This document shows positions 22,114 to 28,900 of a stretch of 32,000 bases of DNA, piece by piece. A program made the translations under genes and the position numbers. The notes under the pieces are model-generated. The model had not been told where the DNA came from. It was given only the letters and a program-made list of their open reading frames with translations, and did not search any database. Every line of letters begins with the position of its first letter. Positions within the stretch are counted from its first letter, which is position 1. The stretch spans positions 113,408 through 145,407 of the forward strand of contig NZ_JAXHCD010000001.1 of assembly GCF_042466345.1 (NCBI RefSeq). Reading direction: 5' to 3'. The DNA comes from Jannaschia sp. R86511 (GTDB lineage: Bacteria; Actinomycetota; Actinomycetes; Actinomycetales; JBBAYJ01).

Positions 22114-22991
22114 TGTTCCGGATCACGCAACGCTCGATGGCCGACACGACGTACGCGAACCTGCAGGCGTCGCTGGGCCGCTCGTCCACGCTGCAGGAGC
22201 AGCTGTCCAGCGGCAAGCAGATCAGCCGCCCGTCGGACAACCCCATCGGGGCCAACGACATCATGCAGCTGAAGGCCGAACGGGTCGCGACGGCGCAGTA
22301 CATCCGCAACGCGGAGAACGGCGTCTCGTGGCTGGACACCGCCGACAACGCGATCCAGCTGTCCTCGGCCGCGCTGCGCCAGGCCCGCGACCTGACGGTG
22401 CGGGGGGGCAACGCCGCCCTGGGCCAGCCGGGCCGGGACGCCATCGCCGCCGAGCTGCGGGGGGTCCGCGAGAGCATGGTCGAGCTGGCCAACACCCAGT
22501 ACCTGGGTCGGCCCGTGTTCGGTGGCACCACCGACGGCCCGGTCGCCTTCGACGCCACCGGCGCCTACGTCGGCAGCCCGACCGGCACGGTGGAGCGTCG
22601 CATCGGGGCCGAGTCGGTCGTCCGGGTGGACGTCGACGGTCGCGCGGCCTTCGGTGACGGCCCCGACAGCGTCATCGCCCGCATCGACGCCGTCATCGCG
22701 GACCTGGCCACCGGTCAGCCCGTCGACGGCCGCCTGGCCGAGCTCGACGACTCGCTCGACCGGCTGCTGGGCGCCGCCTCGGACGTCGGCGCCCGCACCA
22801 ACCGGATCGAGAACCTCAAGCTCAAGGCGGAGGACGCGGCCATCACGCTGCGCTCCTCGCAGTCGCAGATCGAGGACGTCGACCTGCCCAAGACCATCCT
22901 GGAGCTGCAGCTGCAGTCCACCGCCTACCAGGCGGCGCTCGGGGCCACCGCCCGGGTGCTCCAGCCCACGCTGCTGGACTTCCTGCGATGA
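22113..22991 (+). CDS. flgL: Hook-filament junction protein FlgL (HAP3)
   Basis: 292 aa from ATG 22113 (TGATG with the flgK stop) within the longer 21015..22991 ORF. It contains MFRITQRSM...LSSGKQISRPSDNP and has a flagellin-like C-terminus (LQLQSTAYQAALGATARVLQPTLLDFL). Confidence 0.9.
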   Translation: MFRITQRSMADTTYANLQASLGRSSTLQEQLSSGKQISRPSDNPIGANDIMQLKAERVATAQYIRNAENGVSWLDTADNAIQLSSAALRQARDLTVRGGNAALGQPGRDAIAAELRGVRESMVELANTQYLGRPVFGGTTDGPVAFDATGAYVGSPTGTVERRIGAESVVRVDVDGRAAFGDGPDSVIARIDAVIADLATGQPVDGRLAELDDSLDRLLGAASDVGARTNRIENLKLKAEDAAITLRSSQSQIEDVDLPKTILELQLQSTAYQAALGATARVLQPTLLDFLR

Positions 22992-23422
22992 CGTGCTTGG
23001 CTGGGACGATGAGCGACAGCGTCCCCACCGACACCCCGGCCGAGGACGCGCGCCTGGTCCACCTGGTGCACCCGCTGCCGGGCCTGCCCGGGCGCAGCGA
23101 GTACCGGCTGCGTGGCCTGGAGGCCTCCGGCGTGCTGTTCTCGCTGGAGTCCCTGGACGGCGAGGTGTCGCTGCTGCTGGCCGCCCCGTGGGCGTTCTTC
23201 CCGGACTACGCGCCGGTGCTGAGCGACGAGGACGTGGACCTGCTGGGCCTGACCGGTGCCGCCGACGCGCTGCTGTTCGTCGTGCTGACCCCCGGCGAGA
23301 CCGCGGCCGGCTCCACGGCCAACCTGCTGGCCCCGCTGGTCCTCAACCAGGTCGACGACCGGGCGGTGCAGGTGCTGCTGACCGGCAGCGAGCTGCCCGT
23401 GCGGGCCCCGCTCGCCGCCTGA
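22988..23422 (+). CDS. fliW: Flagellar assembly factor FliW
   Basis: 144-aa ORF. FliW-like features include GLPGRSEYRL, PWAFFPDYAPVLSDEDVDLL and TANLLAPLVLN. The ATG overlaps the flgL stop (ATGA); an alternative start is the Met at 23009. Confidence 0.8.
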   Translation: MTCLAGTMSDSVPTDTPAEDARLVHLVHPLPGLPGRSEYRLRGLEASGVLFSLESLDGEVSLLLAAPWAFFPDYAPVLSDEDVDLLGLTGAADALLFVVLTPGETAAGSTANLLAPLVLNQVDDRAVQVLLTGSELPVRAPLAA

Positions 23423-23461
23423 GGGCCACGCCCGACCGTCGCCGGACGCGCGCCGCCGGGC

Positions 23462-24553
23462 TCAGGTGTCGGTGCGGGTGACCTTGCGCAGGCCGCGCGG
23501 CGCGTCGGGGTCCAGGCCCAGCACGAGCGCGGCCCGCTCGATGGCCAGCTGCAGCGGCACCACGGTGCCCAGCGGCGTGAGCACCTCGGGCAGGTCCGGG
23601 CCGGCCACGGCCACGTCGACCGCCGCCGCGAACCCGGCGTCCCCGCCGACGCCCACGGTGCGGGCGCCGCGGTCGCGCAGCTCGCGCGCGAGCTCGGTCA
23701 TGGCGCCGGTGAGCGGTCCGTCGGCCGCCGACACCAGGACGGCCAGCACGTCGTCGTCGACCACGGCGATGGGGCCGTGGCGCAGGTCGGCGTAGGACAG
23801 GCCGCGGACCGGACGCAGGCAGGTCTCCTCCAGCTTGAGCGCGACCTCCAGGGCCGTGCCCATGAGCAGGCCGCGGCCGCTGACCAGCGGGTGGCGCGAC
23901 GCGCTGAGCGCGGCGGCCGCCTCGTCGACGCCCTGCTGCTGCTCCACCAGCCGGGCCACGACGTCCGGCACCCGGGCGATGTCCGCGTCGAGCGAGGTGA
24001 CCTCGGGCGCCAGGGCCGTGCCGAGGACGACCATGGCCGCCAGCTGCGTCAGGTAGGACTTGGTCGCGGGCACGGCGAGCTCGGGCCCGGCCTGGGTCTG
24101 CAGCGCCAGGTCGGCCGTGCGCAGCAGCGGCGAGCCGGGCACGTTGGCCACGGCGACCGTCGCGGCCCCGCGCCGGGCCGCCCACTGCTGGGTGGCGACG
24201 ATCTCCTCGGTGGCGCCGGACTGCGACACGCTGACCACCAGGGTGTCGTCCAGGTCCAGCTCGACCCCGTTGCCGTCCGGGCCGTAGTGGGTGGCCAGGC
24301 TCGGCGCCGCCATGGACCCGCGCACGCCGGCGTGCGCACCCAGCAGGTAACGGCCGTAGACGGCGGCGTTGTCGCTGGAGCCGCGGGCCACGAGCATCAC
24401 GTGGCGGCGACCCTCGAACAGCCGGCGCAGGTCCTCGCGCAGCGGCAGCAAGGCCTCGAACGTGGCCGCCAGCGCCTGCGGCTGCTCGGCGATCTCGCGC
24501 GCCATGTGGGTCGGGGCGGTCGCCTCGGCCGTCGTCCCCCCGCCCCGGCTCAC
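23462..24553 (-). CDS. SIS-domain sugar-phosphate isomerase/aminotransferase-like protein (GlmS isomerase-domain, AgaS or FrlB type)
   Basis: 363 aa trimmed from an 837-aa run-on ORF. The GTG at 24553 overlaps the purS stop (GTGA). Features: MAREIAEQPQAL, LVARGSSDNAA, VSQSGATEE and ATKSYLTQL, consistent with a tandem SIS architecture. Confidence 0.8.
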   Translation of the reverse strand: MSRGGGTTAEATAPTHMAREIAEQPQALAATFEALLPLREDLRRLFEGRRHVMLVARGSSDNAAVYGRYLLGAHAGVRGSMAAPSLATHYGPDGNGVELDLDDTLVVSVSQSGATEEIVATQQWAARRGAATVAVANVPGSPLLRTADLALQTQAGPELAVPATKSYLTQLAAMVVLGTALAPEVTSLDADIARVPDVVARLVEQQQGVDEAAAALSASRHPLVSGRGLLMGTALEVALKLEETCLRPVRGLSYADLRHGPIAVVDDDVLAVLVSAADGPLTGAMTELARELRDRGARTVGVGGDAGFAAAVDVAVAGPDLPEVLTPLGTVVPLQLAIERAALVLGLDPDAPRGLRKVTRTDT

Positions 24554-24819
24554 GGCCGGGCGCCTTCCTCCGCGTCCTCGACCACGCGGATCGAGACCAC
24601 GTCCTCGATCACGGGGTTGCTGAGCATCGACTCCGCGGCCTCCCGGACCCGGGCCACGGTCGCCTCGTCGGCGACCTCGACCGTCACCTCGAACCGCTTG
24701 CCCTGCCGCACCTCGGTCAGACCGGTGTAGCCCAGCCGGCCCAGCGCGTGGGTGATGGCGGCGCCCTGCGGGTCCAGGATCTCCGGCTTGGGCATGACAT
24801 CGACGACGAGGCGCGGCAT
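24550..24819 (-). CDS. purS: Phosphoribosylformylglycinamidine synthase subunit PurS
   Basis: 89-aa ORF: MPRLVVDVMPKPEILDPQGAAITHALGRLGY...FEVTVE...LSNPVIED. Confidence 0.9.
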   Translation of the reverse strand: MPRLVVDVMPKPEILDPQGAAITHALGRLGYTGLTEVRQGKRFEVTVEVADEATVARVREAAESMLSNPVIEDVVSIRVVEDAEEGARP

Positions 24820-24831
24820 GGGCCGAGCCTA
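24820..24831 (-). promoter_or_regulatory. Candidate leaderless-type -10 (TAGGCT) 6 nt upstream of the purS ATG
   Basis: Minus strand reads cacTAGGCTcggcccATG. The TAG stop of the upstream membrane-protein gene is part of the hexamer. Confidence 0.35.
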
Positions 24832-26043
24832 GTGGTGGCCGGCGGACGCCGGGCCGGGGCCGCCGGGGGCGGGCGGGTAGGCGACGAACTCGTGGCCGAA
24901 CAGCACGACGGGCGTGTCCGGCAGCACGTCGTCCCCGCCGCGGGCGCTCCAGACGTCGACCAGGGCCGGGGGCGGGCCGGTCCGGCGGGCCCGGACCACC
25001 TGACGGTGGGTGAGCAGCGCCGCGACGGACACCCCCCACACCACCAGCAACGGGACCAGGGCCGCCCAGCTGGTGTCGCCCCCCCAGGTACCCGGGGGTC
25101 CCCAGCCGGTCAGGGCGGCGAACGCCTGACCCAGGGGCAGCGCGGCCGCCAGCAGCGGCAGCACCGCCGCCGCGACCGCGACCGGCACCACCAGCAGCAG
25201 CGGCACGGGGACCAGGCGGCGCCAGGGCTGCGCGGGCCGGTCGGCCAGGCGCCGCCCCACCCGGGCCGGCATGGCCACCAGGGGGACGACGGTGCTCGTC
25301 AGGAGCAGGACCAGGGGGACGAGCCCGGTCGAACCGAAGGGGGCGAGGTCGAGGTCGGGGGTTCCGGGCGCGCCTGCCCACCACCACCAGGCCGTCACGG
25401 CGAGCAGGGGCGGGGCCGTCACCAGCGGGGCCAGCGCCGCCCACAGCAGCCGGTCGGTCCACGCCCAGCGGACCCGGGGCTGCCAGGGCACCGACCCGTC
25501 GAAGCTGGTGGCGACCTGCTGCTGCCGGTCGACGTCGGCCAGCTGGCGCAGCACCGTCCGCCGCCGCCAGCGCATGGGCCAGGCGAGGCTCATGTAGGCC
25601 ACCACGACCACGGGCAGCAGCAACCACCAGGACAACCACCGCCCCCCGGTCCAGGTCGCCGTCAGCAGGAAGGCGAGGGCGACGAGCCCGGGGAAGCCGA
25701 GCACCGCCTGCCGGAAGCCCCAGAACCGGCCGTTCAGGTCGTCCAGCAGCCACTCGCGGTGCGCCCGGCCGGGCAGAGTGTCGTTCCAGCGCCACAGCAG
25801 CCAGGCGACGAACCGCGGCCGGGTGCGCCAGCGGTAGGCCAGCGCGCCGCGCGCCAGGTCCAGCCCGGTCCTCGCCCGCACCCGCCGCGCCCCGGCGGGC
25901 CGGGTGTCCAGCAGCAGCCCCAGCACCTCGTCCTCGCGGGCGCGCCGCCAGCGCGGCGGGTAGGCGCGCAGCCACCGCCGCGCGTCGGCCGCGTAGGCCT
26001 GCTCGTCCGGGCCGGCGGCCCCGTCCGTCGTCGGTCCGCTCAT
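24829..26043 (-). CDS. Polytopic Trp/Arg-rich membrane protein translationally coupled to PadR
   Basis: 404 aa trimmed from a 528-aa run-on ORF. The ATG at 26043 overlaps the PadR stop (ATGA). A soluble N-terminal ~90 aa (AYAADARRWLRAYPPRWRRAREDEVLGLLLD) is followed by multiple hydrophobic segments. Confidence 0.65.
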   Translation of the reverse strand: MSGPTTDGAAGPDEQAYAADARRWLRAYPPRWRRAREDEVLGLLLDTRPAGARRVRARTGLDLARGALAYRWRTRPRFVAWLLWRWNDTLPGRAHREWLLDDLNGRFWGFRQAVLGFPGLVALAFLLTATWTGGRWLSWWLLLPVVVVAYMSLAWPMRWRRRTVLRQLADVDRQQQVATSFDGSVPWQPRVRWAWTDRLLWAALAPLVTAPPLLAVTAWWWWAGAPGTPDLDLAPFGSTGLVPLVLLLTSTVVPLVAMPARVGRRLADRPAQPWRRLVPVPLLLVVPVAVAAAVLPLLAAALPLGQAFAALTGWGPPGTWGGDTSWAALVPLLVVWGVSVAALLTHRQVVRARRTGPPPALVDVWSARGGDDVLPDTPVVLFGHEFVAYPPAPGGPGPASAGHH

Positions 26044-26387
26044 GCGCTCCCCCACGCCTCCTCCTGCTGCCCCGTCGCGCGCAGCCGGCCGCGCACGGCC
26101 AGCACCACCTGCTCCCGGCGGGCGGTCTCCTCGTCGAGGACCGTCGTCCCGGCGTCGGTCAGCCGGTAGTAGCGCCGCAGCCGGCCGGCCACGCGCTCCT
26201 CGCCGTCGGGCGCCACCAGGCCGGCCTGGCCCAGGCGGTCCAGCGCGCCGTAGAGCGTCCCCGCCCCCAGCGTCACCGCCCCGTCGGTGAGCGCACCGAC
26301 GACCCGCACGACGTCGTAGCCGTGCCGCCGACCGCCCGACAGGGCGGCCAGCACCAGGTACGGGACGTCGCCCAGCGGGGTCGGCAC
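26040..26387 (-). CDS. PadR-family transcriptional regulator
   Basis: 115-aa ORF with a PadR winged-helix signature (YLVLAALSGGRRHGYDVV...GTLYGALDRLGQAGLV...RRYYRLTDAG). GTG start. Confidence 0.9.
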   Translation of the reverse strand: MPTPLGDVPYLVLAALSGGRRHGYDVVRVVGALTDGAVTLGAGTLYGALDRLGQAGLVAPDGEERVAGRLRRYYRLTDAGTTVLDEETARREQVVLAVRGRLRATGQQEEAWGSA

Positions 26388-26393
26388 CTAGGC

Positions 26394-26436
26394 AATGTAT
26401 CGCGGCGCGATGCATCCGTCGACGACCTGTCCGTCG
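26394..26436 (-). promoter_or_regulatory. Candidate PadR promoter (TCGACG-N17-TACATT, leaderless geometry) overlapped by a 21-bp near-perfect palindrome at 26395-26415
   Basis: Minus strand reads TCGACG-gatgcatcgcgccgcga-TACATT-gcctag-GTG. The palindrome is ATGTATCGCG-G-CGCGATGCAT, with 9 of 10 arm positions pairing. This is the most AT-containing spot in the window. Confidence 0.45.
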
Positions 26437-26451
26437 AGCGGGCAGCCGGGC

Positions 26452-27102
26452 TCAGCCTGCGGCGGCGCGCACCCGGTCGCGACCCTCGGCGAAGAACTCG
26501 GCGATCCCGCCCGCGTCGGGCACCTGGTCCCAGGTGCGGACCGCCCCGAACGGGGCGTCGAAGAACGGGTCGGCGACCGGCCGGAACGGGCCCACGTAGG
26601 CGTAGGGCTGGGTCGAGAACCCGTCCCCGGGCGAGACGCCGTAGTTGACCTCGTCCACGGTCACGGCCAGGTCGAAGTGCTCGGGCCACAGCACGGCCCG
26701 CTCCTCCGGCGCGAAGGTCAGCAGGCCCGCGGCCCCGACGGCGAAGAAGTCCATCAGCGCGGTGGCCGTGTCGGCGTCGATGGACAGCGGCTGGTCCAGC
26801 TCCACCCCGGAGGTGTCCGTGTAGAGCCCGACGGGTGGTCCGGCCTGCACCCCCACGGCGGCACCCAGCGCCATCACGCTGGTCGCGCCGAGCAGCGACG
26901 CCTCCCCGGCCGGTCCGGAGACGGAGGTCGCCCCCAGCCGCAGCCGGGGCTCGGCCACGGTCTGCACCGACCCCGGCTCCACGGACAGCCGGATGGTGCC
27001 GGCGGCCCGGTGCTGGGGGCCGGCCAGCACCCCCTCGGCCACGGCGTGGAGCCCCAGGCGGGTACTGAGCAGCAGGTCGGCGCTGGGTCGGCTGTCGGGC
27101 AC
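26452..27102 (-). CDS. Hypothetical protein (216 aa), no family recognised
   Basis: ORF with high third-position GC. GTG start is preceded by GAGGAG. I can name no motifs. Confidence 0.6.
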   Translation of the reverse strand: MPDSRPSADLLLSTRLGLHAVAEGVLAGPQHRAAGTIRLSVEPGSVQTVAEPRLRLGATSVSGPAGEASLLGATSVMALGAAVGVQAGPPVGLYTDTSGVELDQPLSIDADTATALMDFFAVGAAGLLTFAPEERAVLWPEHFDLAVTVDEVNYGVSPGDGFSTQPYAYVGPFRPVADPFFDAPFGAVRTWDQVPDAGGIAEFFAEGRDRVRAAAG

Positions 27103-27239
27103 GGCGGCTCCTCGGGTCGCGGCAGGGCAGGGTGCAGCGGGACGTCACCGCCCCGTCCGTCGACGGTAGGGGCGAGGCCGGGGCGGGCACCAGCGCACCG
27201 CGGTCTGGATCGACGAGCGGCGCTGCGGTAGGACGGGGC

Positions 27240-27893
27240 ATGGACATCGAGCACCTCGGCCACGCCTGCCTGCGGGTCCACCACGACGGGGACACGATCC
27301 TGCTGGACCCGGGTGTCTTCTCCCCCGGCCTGGTCGAGCAGCTGGGCACCTCGACCGGCCCGGGCGCCGTGCTCGTCACGCACGCCCACCCGGACCACCT
27401 CGACCCGGACCTGGTGCCGCTGCTGGAGCGGGTGGTCGGCCCCGGCGGGGTGCTGGCCGAGGCCGGGGCCGCGCAGGTGGTGCGCGAGGCCGGCGGGTCG
27501 GTCACGGAGCTGGTCGTGGGCGCCGAGCACCGGCTGGGCGGGGTGACGGTGCAGGTGGTGGGCGGCCGGCACGCCGTGATCCACCCCGACGTGCCTCGGA
27601 TCGGCAACGTCGGCCTGCTGCTGCGCGCCGGCGGGGTCACGCTGTTCCACCCCGGCGACTCCTACGAGACCACCCCGGACGGCGTCGACGTCCTGGCCCT
27701 GCCCCTCAACGCCCCGTGGGCCAAGGTGGCCGAGACGGTGGAGTTCGTCCGGGCGGTGGGCCCGCGGGTCGTCCTGCCGGTGCACGACGCGCTGCTGCAG
27801 CCCGAGCGGCGCGAGGTGTACCTGGCCCACGTGCGCAACCTGGGCGGCGCCGCGGTCCACGACCCCGCCCGCGACGGCGTGCTGCACGCCTGA
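27240..27893 (+). CDS. MBL-fold metallo-hydrolase
   Basis: 217 aa from ATG 27240 within the 27132..27893 ORF. It begins MDIEHLGHACLRV and contains the metal-binding motif THAHPDHLD. Confidence 0.8.
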   Translation: MDIEHLGHACLRVHHDGDTILLDPGVFSPGLVEQLGTSTGPGAVLVTHAHPDHLDPDLVPLLERVVGPGGVLAEAGAAQVVREAGGSVTELVVGAEHRLGGVTVQVVGGRHAVIHPDVPRIGNVGLLLRAGGVTLFHPGDSYETTPDGVDVLALPLNAPWAKVAETVEFVRAVGPRVVLPVHDALLQPERREVYLAHVRNLGGAAVHDPARDGVLHA

Positions 27894-27956
27894 GCGGGCG
27901 GACGCCGTCGGGTCACCGCCGCCGCGTCGGTCCTGGCGCCGCGTCGGCCCGCGCGC

Positions 27957-28862
27957 CTACAGGTCGGCGCCGGTGAGCCGCCGGTAGACCTCGCGGTAGC
28001 CGGCCGCGGTGCGCTCGACGACGTCGGCGGGCAGGGGCGGCGGCGGGGCGTCGGAGGCCCGGTCCCATCCGGACGCGGGCGAGGTCAGCCAGTCCCGCAC
28101 CACCTGCTTGTCCAGGCTGGGCTGGGCCTGGCCCGGCCGCCAGCCGTCGGCCGGCCAGAACCGGGAGGAGTCGGGGGTCAGCACCTCGTCGCCCAGCACG
28201 AGCGAGCCGTCGCCGTCGGGGACCCGCCCCAGCTCGAGCTTGGTGTCGGCCAGCAGGATCCCGGCCCGCTCGGTCACCGCGGCCGCCCGTTCGTAGACCG
28301 CGAGCGTGACCCGCCGCAGCTCCTCCGCGGTCTCGCGGCCGACCTCGGCCACGACGGCCTCGAACGTGACGTTCTCGTCGTGGTCGCCGACGGCGGCCTT
28401 GGTCGCGGGCGTGAACACGGGGGCGGGCAGCCGCGAGCCCTCCACCAGGCCCGGCGGCAGCGCGACGCCGCACACCGTGCCGTCGTGGTCGTACTCCACC
28501 GTGCCCGACCCGGACAGGTAGCCGCGGGCCACGCACTCGACCCCGACCATGTCCAGGGCCCGCACCACCACGGCCCGGTCGGCCACCTCGGCCGGCGCCG
28601 CGGCGTCGACGAGGTGGTTGGGCACCAGGTCGCCGAGCTGGTCGAACCACCAGCGGCTCAGCGCCGTCAGCACCGCCCCCTTGCCGGGCACCGGGGTGGG
28701 CAGCACGTGGTCGTAGGCGCTGACCCGGTCGCTGGCCACCAGCAGGAGCACGTCCCCGTCGGGGTGCGGTGTGGTGGGCGCGTAGACGTCGCGCACCTTG
28801 CCGGAGAACCGGTGGGTCCAGCCGGGCAGGTCGGGCGGCCGGGGCGCGGTCGAGGGGGGCAC
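27957..28862 (-). CDS. purC: Phosphoribosylaminoimidazole-succinocarboxamide (SAICAR) synthase PurC
   Basis: 301-aa ORF containing SGKVRDVY, LLVASDRVSAYD, LADTKLELG and DSSRFWP. Confidence 0.95.
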   Translation of the reverse strand: MPPSTAPRPPDLPGWTHRFSGKVRDVYAPTTPHPDGDVLLLVASDRVSAYDHVLPTPVPGKGAVLTALSRWWFDQLGDLVPNHLVDAAAPAEVADRAVVVRALDMVGVECVARGYLSGSGTVEYDHDGTVCGVALPPGLVEGSRLPAPVFTPATKAAVGDHDENVTFEAVVAEVGRETAEELRRVTLAVYERAAAVTERAGILLADTKLELGRVPDGDGSLVLGDEVLTPDSSRFWPADGWRPGQAQPSLDKQVVRDWLTSPASGWDRASDAPPPPLPADVVERTAAGYREVYRRLTGADL

Positions 28863-28869
28863 CCGCGAG

Positions 28870-28875
28870 ATCGTA
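28870..28875 (-). promoter_or_regulatory. Candidate leaderless-type -10 (TACGAT) 7 nt upstream of the purC GTG
   Basis: Minus strand reads ggcccTACGATctcgcggGTG. Confidence 0.35.
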
Positions 28876-28888
28876 GGGCCCCCGCTCC

Positions 28889-28894
28889 TAGGGT
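28889..28894 (+). promoter_or_regulatory. Candidate leaderless-type -10 (TAGGGT) 6 nt upstream of the S10 peptidase GTG
   Basis: Plus strand reads ctccTAGGGTtggcgcGTG. Confidence 0.35.
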
Positions 28895-28900
28895 TGGCGC

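Noticed and set aside
23423-23461. I looked for a bidirectional terminator hairpin in the 39-bp convergent gap between fliW and the SIS gene.
   Set aside because: Only 5-bp complementary ends (GCCCG/CGGGC) with mismatched interior are present. This is not convincing.
27103-27239. I looked for leaderless-type -10 boxes in the divergent region between the 216-aa hypothetical and the MBL hydrolase.
   Set aside because: The nearest hexamer to the MBL ATG is TAGGAC, which lacks the invariant final T. The hypothetical gene has a normal GAGGAG RBS. No promoter is called.
27921-27947. The 10-bp direct repeat GCCGCGTCGG x2 between the convergent MBL-hydrolase and purC genes.
   Set aside because: It is short, made of the commonest GC-rich words of this genome, has no dyad symmetry and no associated feature. 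It is probably chance.
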